Source: an uncultured delta proteobacterium | Lineage (GTDB): Bacteria; Desulfobacterota; Binatia; UBA9968 | Assembly (NCBI GenBank): GCA_963755715.1 | Contig: CAVWLW010000050.1 | Location: forward strand, 137,207 to 201,206 | Length of the DNA stretch: 64,000 nucleotides | Direction: 5' to 3' | Part shown: piece by piece, positions 1 through 9,675 of the stretch | How positions within the stretch are numbered: the stretch's first letter is position 1 | Layout: each line of letters begins with the position of its first letter | Made by a program: the position numbers and the translations under genes | The notes under the pieces: model-generated | What the model was told of the DNA's origin: nothing | Database searches by the model: none | What the model saw: only the letters and a program-made list of their open reading frames with translations

Positions 1-241
1 ACTCTGCGGCTTGTTGCTCGACAGCGCGGTAGCCGCCGATGCCGGCGATCAACTCCAAGCTGACGGCAAAGAGACCGGTAGGATCACCAGCTCGGTAATT
101 TCGCCTCGATTGGGCCGGCCGATCGCCTTGGGTTACGTGATGAAGGAGCATTGGGAGGCGGGAACCGAACTATCGCTCCGGCACAGCGGCGCCAATATCC
201 ACACCACGGTGGTAAAGCTCCCCTTCCCAGCCTCCCCTTGA
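1..241 (+). CDS. GcvT/YgfZ-family aminomethyltransferase C-terminal part (5' partial)
   Basis: GRITSSVISPRLGRPIALGYV...VVKLPF is the typical GCV_T_C tail. Confidence 0.8.
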   Translation, partial: LCGLLLDSAVAADAGDQLQADGKETGRITSSVISPRLGRPIALGYVMKEHWEAGTELSLRHSGANIHTTVVKLPFPASP

Positions 242-303
242 ATAGCCTCATCAAGTTCGTATATTTATCGGAACTTTCAAGCGGATAAGAAAGGGATGTG
301 AGA

Positions 304-612
304 ATGGCCAATTTCGTAAAGGTTTGTACAACGGGCGAAGTCAAAGCCGGCTGCGGCAAGAGCGTCGATATCAACGGCAAAGCCGTCGGCGTATTCAACG
401 TCGATGGAAAATTCTACGCCATCAACGACGTTTGCGGTCACCGGGGCGGCCCACTGGGCGAAGGCGAACTGGACGGTACGACGGTGATCTGCCCCTGGCA
501 TGGCTGGCGCTACAACGTCACCACCGGGGAAAACGAACTGATTCCCAGCCTGCCCACCGAAAAGTTCGAAGTGAAAGTCGAAGAGGACGACGTGCTGGTG
601 GATCTGGCCTAA
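304..612 (+). CDS. Rieske [2Fe-2S] ferredoxin
   Basis: CGHRGGPL and CPWHGWRY Rieske ligand motifs. Confidence 0.95.
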   Translation: MANFVKVCTTGEVKAGCGKSVDINGKAVGVFNVDGKFYAINDVCGHRGGPLGEGELDGTTVICPWHGWRYNVTTGENELIPSLPTEKFEVKVEEDDVLVDLA

Positions 613-632
613 CGCGAATTTGAAGCGTGGAT

Positions 633-675
633 AAGAGGCCCACGGTCTTTCTTAAACCGCGGGCCTTTTTATTTT
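633..675 (+). terminator. Rho-independent terminator
   Basis: aggcccacggt...accgcgggcct hairpin followed by a T-run after the Rieske gene. Confidence 0.75.
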
Positions 676-847
676 AAACGATATATGAGGCTGGTCGCTG
701 GTAATGGCACCGCATGATCGAGATTACTTGCGCGTTCTATGACCAATGGCGATCCTTTCCGAGGCGGTTTTTCTGATCGAAACATGGCATGGGCGCGCAA
801 AGTATAGATCCAACAGCACGGTTTACCCGGCGATCCTTTAACGCGAG

Positions 848-1066
848 TCAGCGTTCATTTAAAAACTGATTGAATTCCCTCTCCTTGATTCCCAAACTTT
901 TGAGCGCGTTACTTTTGGCCTCCGGATCGATGCCCGACTTTCCAAAGAAGTGCGAGCGCTGCTCAACAATTCGGCAAATTAAAGCACACAGTTGGCGCGA
1001 CAATTCGTTTTCGGCCCGTCGCGGAAAGTTTTCGGCCCAAATCTTGGCGATCTCCTGATCTTCCAC
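848..1066 (-). CDS. 72-aa hypothetical protein with CxxxC (paralog of 1198..1416)
   Basis: GTG start preceded by aggag; gapless similarity to the divergent neighbour. Confidence 0.8.
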   Translation of the reverse strand: MEDQEIAKIWAENFPRRAENELSRQLCALICRIVEQRSHFFGKSGIDPEAKSNALKSLGIKEREFNQFLNER

Positions 1067-1197
1067 CCTGACTCCTGTACCTCCTGTACTTTACTCTCCC
1101 GACACCACGCAAGACGCGCATATGAAGAAAACGAAGAATTTATGATAGTAATGGACAAGTCTTGCCAATTTTTTCTAAATTTTTTAAGATATCCGGG

Positions 1198-1416
1198 ATG
1201 GACGATGCACAAATCCGGGAACTTTGGGAAAAAAACTACCCCAACCGTTTCTCCGATCCCATGGCTCGACAGGTGTGCCGGCTAATTTGTCATTTGATCC
1301 ACACAATCGTCCAGAACGATGATAGTAGTGCGACGCCACTGCAGAAGCTTCGCAAGGTCCTCGCTGCGCTGAATATCCCAGAGTCACAATACGACGAAGT
1401 GATACTGGGAAACTGA
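1198..1416 (+). CDS. 72-aa hypothetical protein with CxxxC (paralog of 848..1066)
   Basis: ATG at 1198; 18/72 identical positions to the neighbour by manual gapless alignment. Confidence 0.8.
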   Translation: MDDAQIRELWEKNYPNRFSDPMARQVCRLICHLIHTIVQNDDSSATPLQKLRKVLAALNIPESQYDEVILGN

Positions 1417-1483
1417 ACAATCCAATTGGCTCTTCGAAGGATCCCAGTGCCAAGTTGTAATTTCCCCAAGCGCGATAGAAACA

Positions 1484-1516
1484 AAAAAACGCCTTCGCTT
1501 TAAGCAAAGCGAAAGC
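1484..1516 (-). terminator. Probable intrinsic terminator between convergent genes
   Basis: ttcgcttt/aaagcgaa stem preceded on + by an A7 run. Confidence 0.5.
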
Positions 1517-1579
1517 TGGCGGCCCCGCAGCAAGCCCAGAAAATTCTTGAGCATCGGCTCGACGCCGAGGGCCGCTCAG

Positions 1580-2131
1580 TTAAAGGTTTAGATAACGATT
1601 GATGTAATCATTGAGCGCATCCTTGGTGCTGTCAAAAGCGAGATCGTGCCAGGGCAATTCTTTCGGCGCGAAGATTTGCGCTGCCAAAGACTCGTCCGCC
1701 GCTGCCAGCTCACCGCCGATCACGTCAGCGGTATAGACGATGATCACGTTGGGCGAACGAGGATAAGAGTAGACGTTGAGCAGCGGCCCAAGCTTGACGT
1801 CCAACTGCGATTCTTCTTTCGTTTCGCGAATCGCCGCCTCCGGCACGCTCTCGCCGCGATCGACGTAGCCGCCCGGAAAAACCCACTTGCCGAGCGCCGG
1901 TTCGACGCCGCGTTTCAACAAGACGATGCCGCCCTCCAAGGTAAAGACCGTGCCGGCGACGACTTTCGGATCCTGGTAAAAAATAAACGAGCACGCCTGG
2001 CAGACCAGACGGCGCGGCTCGTTTGTCTTCACGATTTTTTTATCGAGCGTGCCGCCGCAGCGCGGGCAAAAACGAAACTCGATGTGGCCGTGGCCGTGCG
2101 CGTGATGGTGCTGGTCGTGGTCTGATGCCAT
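1580..2131 (-). CDS. NUDIX hydrolase with N-terminal zinc ribbon
   Basis: CPRCG..CQAC plus Nudix box GGYVDRGESVPEAAIRETKEESQL. Confidence 0.92.
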   Translation of the reverse strand: MASDHDQHHHAHGHGHIEFRFCPRCGGTLDKKIVKTNEPRRLVCQACSFIFYQDPKVVAGTVFTLEGGIVLLKRGVEPALGKWVFPGGYVDRGESVPEAAIRETKEESQLDVKLGPLLNVYSYPRSPNVIIVYTADVIGGELAAADESLAAQIFAPKELPWHDLAFDSTKDALNDYINRYLNL

Positions 2132-2190
2132 GCTTTTCTTCTAGCGTATATTCAGTTGAAACAAAAGAATATTTCTGTAATCGTACCGTG

Positions 2191-2874
2191 ATGCTTCGCG
2201 CCGTGATTTTTGATTTTAACGGCATCATCGTCGATGACGAGCCGATCCATTTTGAGCTGTTTCGCCGGGTGCTCGGTGAGGAAGGCATCACTCTGACAGA
2301 GGAAGCCTACTACGAGCGCTATCTGGGCTTTGACGATCGCGGCGCGTTCATCACGGGACTGCGGGAAAACAATCGGCCGATCAGCGATGCCAAACTCGAT
2401 GAGCTCATCCGGCGCAAAGCCGACTACTACCAAGACGCGATTCGCGATCACGTGGCTATTTTTCCGGGCGTAAAATCTTTGCTCGCCGAGCTATCGCGGC
2501 TGCTACCGCTCGCCGTCGCTTCCGGCGCGCTGCGCCACGAGATCGAAACGATTTTGACCGCGGCCGGGCTGCATGATTATTTCCAAGCGATCGTCAGCGC
2601 TGAAGACGTAAAAAAAGGCAAGCCCGAGCCGGAAATTTTCTTAAAAGCATTGCTGGCGTTGAACGGGCGCGAAAAAACCGGCGGGTTCATTCAAGCAGGT
2701 GAATGCGTCGTGATAGAAGACTCGAAAGAGGGCATCCGCGGCGCGCGGCGCGCCGGCATGAAGTGCCTCGCAGTTACCAATTCGCATCCCGCGGAAGTCC
2801 TCCATGAAGCCCACGCCGTCGTTGACAGCCTGGAAGACGTTACACTCCCCTTCCTGCAACAGCTTTGCGCGTGA
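2191..2874 (+). CDS. HAD-family phosphatase
   Basis: IFDFNGIIVD, KPEPEIF, IEDS motifs. Confidence 0.9.
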   Translation: MLRAVIFDFNGIIVDDEPIHFELFRRVLGEEGITLTEEAYYERYLGFDDRGAFITGLRENNRPISDAKLDELIRRKADYYQDAIRDHVAIFPGVKSLLAELSRLLPLAVASGALRHEIETILTAAGLHDYFQAIVSAEDVKKGKPEPEIFLKALLALNGREKTGGFIQAGECVVIEDSKEGIRGARRAGMKCLAVTNSHPAEVLHEAHAVVDSLEDVTLPFLQQLCA

Positions 2875-2877
2875 GAG

Positions 2878-3597
2878 TTATCGGTACGGTGATTGCTGCG
2901 GCCGCACGGTGATCTCCACCGGGCAACAGGTGGCGGAAGATGTCAGCACATAGAGCACGGCTTGGGCGATATCGGCGGGCTGAATCATCTTGCTCCGATC
3001 CAACTGCCGGTTGGGAGGAATTAGCGGAGTATCGACGAAGCCCGGCAGGATCACCGACACTTTGACGCCATGCTGGCGCACTTCTTCATAGAGCGACTGC
3101 GTGAAGCCGATCAGGCCGAACTTCGAAGCTGAGTACGCGGCTCCGTTCGCCTCGCCGCTTTTGCCCGACACCGAGCCAATATTGATCACCGCGCCTTCGC
3201 CCTTCTCGATCATTGCCGGTAATAGTTTCTGCGCGAGAAGCATCGGCGCGCGCAGATTGACGCGTAGCGTTTGATCCCAGTCCTCGATTTTGGCTCGAAC
3301 AACCGATGCTCGTTTACCCCATCCCGCATTGTTGATCAGGAAATCAACGGCACCGAATTGTCGCTCGCTTTCCCTGACGAGCGTGTCGATGTCCTCATCA
3401 CGCGTAAGATCCGTGGGAACGGCGATGGCAAGACCCTTGTCATTTTGAATGTCGAGCTTAACTTTTTCGAGCTCGCCCGAGGTGCGCGCAGCCAAGACAA
3501 CGCGGCAACCCAATTGCGCCAGGGAAAGAGCCACGGCTTTGCCGATGCCCCGCCCCGCGCCGGTGACGAGGGCGACCTTTCCATCGAAGCTTTGCAT
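2878..3597 (-). CDS. SDR oxidoreductase
   Basis: TGAGRGIG, NNAG, YSASK. Confidence 0.93.
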   Translation of the reverse strand: MQSFDGKVALVTGAGRGIGKAVALSLAQLGCRVVLAARTSGELEKVKLDIQNDKGLAIAVPTDLTRDEDIDTLVRESERQFGAVDFLINNAGWGKRASVVRAKIEDWDQTLRVNLRAPMLLAQKLLPAMIEKGEGAVINIGSVSGKSGEANGAAYSASKFGLIGFTQSLYEEVRQHGVKVSVILPGFVDTPLIPPNRQLDRSKMIQPADIAQAVLYVLTSSATCCPVEITVRPQQSPYR

Positions 3598-3621
3598 GAA
3601 AATAGGTCGGGGCGATGGAGA

Positions 3622-4041
3622 TTAGTGGACGGTTGGCGTCTGATCCTGCGGCGGCTGCGCCACGGACGAGCCGTGGTGATGAATCATGCGCCAGCCGTCG
3701 GGGCCTTTGCGAAAAATATTCGTCGTGAGAATCATCGCGGCGACATTCTGCCCTTCCAATGAGCTATTTAGATTTTCATAGAGCGTCACCCACGCGAGCT
3801 CGCCGCGCACTTCGATCGACAGGTCGGTCAGCATGAACCTGATCTGCGGTGTATTCTCAAAAATTTGCCGCCAGCTTTCCATGACCAGCTTCCGGCCGCG
3901 CAGGATGCGCCAACCCGGATGGCCGCACTGGATTTCACCCTCGCTGGCCCACACCGATTCCATCTTCTTGATGTCGAGGCTTTCGAAGGCCCGATAGAAG
4001 CCCTCGTTCGCTTGCGCGACGTCTTTTTCTTCCGGAGTCAT
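3622..4041 (-). CDS. SnoaL/NTF2-like protein
   Basis: ANEGFYRAFESLD...TNIF...WRMIHHHGS. Confidence 0.88.
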   Translation of the reverse strand: MTPEEKDVAQANEGFYRAFESLDIKKMESVWASEGEIQCGHPGWRILRGRKLVMESWRQIFENTPQIRFMLTDLSIEVRGELAWVTLYENLNSSLEGQNVAAMILTTNIFRKGPDGWRMIHHHGSSVAQPPQDQTPTVH

Positions 4042-4046
4042 GGCGA

Positions 4047-4373
4047 TTAATGGTGCGGCTTAGGCGTGACAAATACGAGAGTCACGAGCTTTTCCTGGCT
4101 ACGGTTGGCGACGCCGTGATTCTGTCCAGCCGGCGCGAGCACGATTTCACCGGCCCCGAGCTCGCGTTGCTCATCCCCCACCGTGAACACACCCTTGCCC
4201 TCGAGAACGTAGTAGACCTTGTCCTGCCCGCCATGCGTGTGGGGACTCTGCTCTTGCCCCGGCTCGAAACAGTAGGTGTCGCAGAAAAATCTGTCGGTTT
4301 CGAACACGCCGTTCTTTTTCATCTTCTCGGGCGAAAACTGCCTCGCCTCTGAAAGCTTTTTAAAATTGCTCAT
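4047..4373 (-). CDS. Cupin domain protein
   Basis: HTH..KVYYVLEG and PAGQNHGV cupin motifs; ATG at 4373 with aggag RBS. Confidence 0.88.
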   Translation of the reverse strand: MSNFKKLSEARQFSPEKMKKNGVFETDRFFCDTYCFEPGQEQSPHTHGGQDKVYYVLEGKGVFTVGDEQRELGAGEIVLAPAGQNHGVANRSQEKLVTLVFVTPKPHH

Positions 4374-4460
4374 AGCTCGCTCCTGCCAGCGGTGATGATG
4401 CGATACTACCATAGGGGTAGTTACATGCAAAAGCACAATGGATCTGTTATCAGTGACGGC

Positions 4461-5624
4461 ATGGATTCGGTGCTCGTGCGCTACCATGAGATCGCGCTCA
4501 AGAAAGGCAACCGCGCCTATTTCACCGAGCTGCTCAAGAAAAATCTGCTCGCGGCCGTCAAAGATCTCGGCGCCAAAGAAATCCGCAGCCTGCCGGCGCG
4601 TCTGCTGCTCACCTTCAAAAACGAGGTGCCCGCCGCCACGCTCATCGAGCGTATGAGCACCGTGTTCGGCGTTGCAAATTTCTCGATTGTCGAGCGCACC
4701 GCGCGAGACATCGATGCGTTGCGCGGCCGTATACTGGAATCCTTGAACGGTGGCCGATTCCAATCCTTTCGCATCGAAACCCAGCGCGGCGACAAAACTT
4801 TTCCGCTGACTTCGCCCGAAATCAACCGGCAGCTGGGCGCCGCCGTCCAAGAAAAGTCCGGCGCGCGGGTCGATCTAGAGAATGCCGAATTCACGGTGAC
4901 GGTGGAAATCCTTCCGCGCGACGCTTTTTTCGGCTTCAACAAGATTGCCGGCGCCGGCGGTTTACCCGTCGGCTCAAGCGGGCGAGTGGCCGCGCTGATT
5001 TCCGGCGGTTTCGATTCGCCGGTTGCCGCATACCGGATGATGCAACGCGGCTGCCGGATTATCTTCGTGCATTTTCATAGCGTGCCTTATCAGGACAAAA
5101 CCTCGCAGGAAAAGGTGCGCCAGCTCGTTCAATTATTGACCCGTCACCAATTCACTTCCCGTCTTTACATGGTGCCCTTCGGTGAGATCCAGCGCCAGAT
5201 TGTCGCCACGGTCGCGCGGCCCCTGCGCGTGGTCCTTTACCGGCGCATGATGCTGCGCATCGCCGAAGCGATCGCACGGCAAGAAAAAGCCAAAGCCTTG
5301 ATTACAGGCGAAAGCCTGGGGCAAGTCGCCTCGCAAACGCTCGATAACATGGCGGTGATCCAACAAGCCGCACGCTTGCCGATTCTACGTCCCCTGGTGG
5401 GAATGGATAAACAGGAAATTATCGATCAATCGCGGCGCATCGGCACATTCGAAGTTTCCTCGATCCCGGATCAAGATTGCTGCCAGCTTTTCGTGCCGAA
5501 GCACCCGGCGACCAAGGCGCGCTTCATCGACGTGGAAGAGGATGAGACGAAGTTGGACGTGAAAGACCTGCTACGCTACGGCATGGAAAACACGATCGAG
5601 GAGGATTTCCGTTTTCCACTCTGA
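4461..5624 (+). CDS. thiI: tRNA 4-thiouridine synthase ThiI
   Basis: VRYHEIALKKGNR, THUMP domain, SGGFDS PP-loop, TGESLGQVASQTL, DCC. Confidence 0.96.
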   Translation: MDSVLVRYHEIALKKGNRAYFTELLKKNLLAAVKDLGAKEIRSLPARLLLTFKNEVPAATLIERMSTVFGVANFSIVERTARDIDALRGRILESLNGGRFQSFRIETQRGDKTFPLTSPEINRQLGAAVQEKSGARVDLENAEFTVTVEILPRDAFFGFNKIAGAGGLPVGSSGRVAALISGGFDSPVAAYRMMQRGCRIIFVHFHSVPYQDKTSQEKVRQLVQLLTRHQFTSRLYMVPFGEIQRQIVATVARPLRVVLYRRMMLRIAEAIARQEKAKALITGESLGQVASQTLDNMAVIQQAARLPILRPLVGMDKQEIIDQSRRIGTFEVSSIPDQDCCQLFVPKHPATKARFIDVEEDETKLDVKDLLRYGMENTIEEDFRFPL

Positions 5625-5770
5625 GCATGCCTTCGTCCAAGCGTTTGAAGTCGTTCAAGTCGCTCCCACCGATATGAACGGCGCGCACGAACAACCTTTC
5701 CGCTCGTCAAGAGCCGACACCATTCCACGCACCCGTTTAAGAGAAAGACGACGACTCACGGGCCTGAGAT

Positions 5771-6598
5771 TCAACGCCGCAGTTCGGCCTTGTCGATAAA
5801 ATCTTTCAGAGCTTTGAAATAGGCTTCGCCGCCGATGATATAGGTATCGTTGTGGCGCGAGCCCTGAATCGTGTAGAACTCTTTCGGCTCGGGAGCGGCG
5901 GCAAAGATTCTTTTTCCTTGATCAAAGGGAACGACATCGTCAAAGTCGCCATGAAGAACCAGGATCGGCGCTCGGATCTTTTTGATTTTCTCAAGGTTAT
6001 CGTACTTGGTTCGAAGAAAGGAACCGATCGGAAGCCATGGAGCTGCGATTCGCGCCATGTCACGGATGGAGGTAAAGGGCGCTTCGAGAATCAGCGCCAG
6101 ACCAGGGTGCCTCACGGCGATTTCCGTCGCCACCGCCGCGCCGAGGGATTGCCCAAACAGGACGATTCTTTTGGATTCGACGTCCTGCCTCGAACGAAGA
6201 TGCTCCAAAGCCGCCACACCGTCTTTGTAGGTGCCTTCTTCAGAAGGTTTACCCGCGCTTTTTCCATAACCTCTATAATCGAAAATGAAGATATGGATTT
6301 TAAGTTTGTCGTGAAGGAGCTTAAGGTGTTCCGAGCGATGACCGATGTTTCCTCCATTACCATGAAACCAGAGAAGCGTCGTGGACGCGCCGGGATAAGC
6401 GACAAACCAGCCGTTGAGCGTCACGCCGTCTTCGGTCTTGAAGTAGACGTCTTGGAACGAAAGGCCGTAATTGCGCGGCGTTTCCGAAACCTCGGCAAGC
6501 GGAAAAAAAATAAACTTTTCTTCCACGTCACAACCCTCGAATAATACCAGGCCCAGAATAACGAACCCGGCAGCGATGGTCCTAACCCTTGGGTGCAT
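5771..6598 (-). CDS. Alpha/beta hydrolase (BEM46/ABHD13-like)
   Basis: FHGNGGN, DYRGYG, GQSLG, HGDFDDVVP, HND. Confidence 0.9.
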   Translation of the reverse strand: MHPRVRTIAAGFVILGLVLFEGCDVEEKFIFFPLAEVSETPRNYGLSFQDVYFKTEDGVTLNGWFVAYPGASTTLLWFHGNGGNIGHRSEHLKLLHDKLKIHIFIFDYRGYGKSAGKPSEEGTYKDGVAALEHLRSRQDVESKRIVLFGQSLGAAVATEIAVRHPGLALILEAPFTSIRDMARIAAPWLPIGSFLRTKYDNLEKIKKIRAPILVLHGDFDDVVPFDQGKRIFAAAPEPKEFYTIQGSRHNDTYIIGGEAYFKALKDFIDKAELRR

Positions 6599-6797
6599 GA
6601 AGCGCCAGCATAGCAAACAGTTCAGTGCGCGGGTCGGGCAGGCATATCGCAGAGCATGCCATCACGATTCTTGGACTACCAGCCATTGGAATCTGCAGCT
6701 GGAGGAGGAAGGGGTTGGTTGAGGAGCGCGAGTTTGGGATGAACTGCCTCCCTTTACAATTTGGATATTATCAATATCAACGCACCGATCCTAGCCG

Positions 6798-7770
6798 CTA
6801 CACGTAGTGCTGAATTTTTTGAAGGCTCGGCGCAAAAAATAAATCTTCAACCGCGGGCTTTTTCTTGATCATCCCCTGCTCGTACTCGTAGCGAATTACC
6901 GCTTCCAACGCTTTGCGATTGTCTTCTAGATTGTATGGCCAGGGATCGGGCCCGAAAATATCGCGCTGCTCGCTTTGCAAGTCCTGCACCCAAACCAAGG
7001 CGAAACTGCGCGGGTCGCTGTTGCGCGCGTAGCAAATTTCTTTCGCCTGCTGAAACGCGCGCACCAAGCTGATGCCCACCCATGGGTGTTCGGCTAAAAT
7101 CGGATTCTTGACGACCACCGTGTGCATGATCGGAAAGAAGCCGCCGTTTTTGTAAGTATTCGATCTCCGCTTTCTTCGGCTCGGGAAAAAGCAGCGCGAC
7201 TTTCGGATTGCCGCTGCGGATCGACGGCAAGGTTTCCGGGTAGAGCGCCGCTTCCAGCTCGCCCTCGAGCAACATCTGGTCGACGTTCTTGCCGGGTGGC
7301 ACGCGCTTGACGTTCATCCATTTGGCGGGCTCGAAAGGAATGTCCTCCTCTTCCTGGCACCACCACTCTATCGTCTTTAAATCGACGCCGTAATGATCTT
7401 GCAGGATGCCGCGCATCCACAGCCCGGCGGAATTTTGCAGGGTATCCAATGCGACCCTTTTGCCGTTGAGATCGGACGGCTTCTCGATGCCGCAGCCGGT
7501 TCTTTTGACCATATACTGATGGCGAAAACGGCGATGGGGAAAGACTGGGATTGCGTTGTAGTCGCAGCCTTTGTCGCGCGAGACCAGATAGCCGACCAAG
7601 GATAATTCACAAACATCGAATTCTTCATGACGCAGCATGCGTCCGTGGCGCTCGGGCGACGGCATCGTCAAAACATTGAGCTCGATCCCCTGCGGCTGAA
7701 TCTCGCCGTTGATCAACGGCCGCAAAAAATCGTAATCGCCGCAGGCCAGAGTTAGTTTGAGCTTGGACAT
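6798..7770 (-). CDS. 4,5-dihydroxyphthalate decarboxylase-like / PBP2 protein, +1 frameshift near 7154
   Basis: LTLACGDYD..FDVCELS..IPVFPHRRFRH in one frame; FPIMHTVVV..DPWPY in the next. Confidence 0.8.
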
Positions 7771-8362
7771 TCATTCTCCTTTGACGTGTTGACGGTAGAG
7801 TTCCGGCGTATCGATATCGACGGTAATGCCTTCTTCGTCGGTCTCCATCTCCAAGGTTGCATCGCCATGCGCATTGACCACGGCTTTGGCGCCTTGATCC
7901 ATCGGCGCGTCGAGTAATTCGCCGAACAGCCGCCGCGAAAACAGCACCGGATGGCCGCGTTTGCCGCGGCAGCGGGGCACAACGATGTCTTTTTTCGACT
8001 CGTAAAATTGTCGGATCATCCGGTCGACCAGGCTCGCGTCAATGTAGGGATGGTCGACGAGATGAACGAGCATGCCGTCGCAGTCCGGGTCGGGCAGCAA
8101 GTTTCGCACCGCGACTTGCAGCGACGACAATTGTCCCAGCTGGTAATTTGGATTGATGAGAATTTCTACCGGCAGCGCGTCCAATCGCGGCGGCTAACTG
8201 GTCTGCATTGTGACCCAGAACGACGATGATCTTGCCGACCTGAGTGTGCTTCAGCGACGCGACGATGCGCCCAATGAATGTCTCGCCTTCGATCGGCAAG
8301 AGCGCCTTCGGCCGCCCCATGCGGCTCGACTCACCGGCGGAGAGAACAACGGCGGCAATCAT
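7771..8362 (-). CDS. MocA/MobA-like nucleotidyltransferase, +1 frameshift near 8181
   Basis: LSAGESSRMGRPKALL then LVDHP, GHPVLF, DIDTPE. Confidence 0.85.
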
Positions 8363-8391
8363 GGCTTGGTCCGCTCACGATTGCCGCAGTC

Positions 8392-8498
8392 AAAAATCTC
8401 CCCTAACCCCTCCTTTGAAGTAGGACATTTTAGAGAGGGGAAAAAGTCCTCGTAGGAAAACATCCCCCTTTAACAAAAGGGGGATCGAGGGGGATTTC
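8392..8498. repeat. REP-like intergenic palindromic element
   Basis: aaatctcccctaacccctccttt...cccccttt/aaaggggg...agggggattt nested inverted repeats. Confidence 0.55.
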
Positions 8499-8550
8499 TC
8501 CGAGAAACTGTCGAACATGACGACAAACTCTTTCAGCAGCGGCTCGACCA

Positions 8551-9543
8551 TCATTTATAGACCTTGTCGATGAAGCCGCTTTTTTCCAGCTCGCGCACAA
8601 TGCTGTCGTCGACGATGTCTTCGACCCGCAGCGTGGCGCCGGGCTTGCGCGCCAGCGCTTCTTTGATCTGCACTTCGGTTCCTTCCCGCGTCACCAGCGG
8701 CACGCGATCATGCAGCTTGACATTGGCGGCGTAGGAATCTTCCAAATATTGGGGATTATCCTGGCGCGTGTATTTGGCGATAAATTTTTTCGTGTCTTCC
8801 TTGTGCGTTTTGAGAAAATGCGTCGCTTCGACGAGCGCCATCGTGAGCCTCCGCATGGTTTCGCGATGGCTCGCCAGATAGGTTTTCGTCGTCGTGGAGC
8901 AAATGTACGGAAAGTCATAGCGCTTTTGAAAGTCGGCGGTGCTGATCATGACCCGATGCGGCATGCCTTTGGCGAGGTGAATGGTGCCCGGCGGTGAAGG
9001 AAAGCCGACGATCCTGCCCGTGCGAAACGCCGCCGCGCGCTCGGTCGGCCCGCCGACTTGAAGGATCGGCACGTCCCGAACCGGCTCCAAACCCAGGCCT
9101 TTGATCAGTACCCGCGCCGCGACATCCGACGCGCTGCCGACCCGGCTGATGCCGACGCTTTTGCCTTTCAGGTCTTCCACCGACTTGACCGATTCCTGAA
9201 CGATCAATTCGTAGGGCAGCGTGTTGATGTAGCAGGCGGTCATCACCAAGTTGGCGCCGCCCACGGCCGCGCTCGCCACCGCGCCGCCCGAGCTGTTCGC
9301 CACTTGGATATCGCCCGAGACCACGGTGGACACGCTCATAGTCGAGCTCTGGATGAAAATAAGCTCTACGTCGAGACCGTATTTGCGATACATGCCGGTA
9401 TCCAGCGCCGTGAACCAGACGGTGTTCGAAGCATCGGCCGAGCTGTAGGCGATCTTTACCCGCTCCTGCGCTCCGCCAGGCGCAGAAGTCGCAATAAAGA
9501 CGAGAAGCAAAAGCACCAAACGAACCTGGATGCGGTGTAACAT
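8551..9543 (-). CDS. ABC substrate-binding protein, NMT1/SsuA family
   Basis: Signal peptide; GLDVELIFI, LKGKSVGISRVGS, ELEKSGFIDKVY. Confidence 0.9.
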   Translation of the reverse strand: MLHRIQVRLVLLLLVFIATSAPGGAQERVKIAYSSADASNTVWFTALDTGMYRKYGLDVELIFIQSSTMSVSTVVSGDIQVANSSGGAVASAAVGGANLVMTACYINTLPYELIVQESVKSVEDLKGKSVGISRVGSASDVAARVLIKGLGLEPVRDVPILQVGGPTERAAAFRTGRIVGFPSPPGTIHLAKGMPHRVMISTADFQKRYDFPYICSTTTKTYLASHRETMRRLTMALVEATHFLKTHKEDTKKFIAKYTRQDNPQYLEDSYAANVKLHDRVPLVTREGTEVQIKEALARKPGATLRVEDIVDDSIVRELEKSGFIDKVYK

Positions 9544-9675
9544 GCCGTTCAAACCTCTCTTTCGAATCGAGTGCACGCGCCGAGGGCACCGCGAATGCGG
9601 TTTTGATTTAACTCAACAACGATCAGGGAATCAACAGAGTGGAACAGCCCTTTTAGAGCGGCGGGCCTGCGATGA

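Noticed and set aside
4374-4850. 267-aa version of the cupin ORF
   Set aside because: The extension is antisense to thiI; RBS and ATG at 4373
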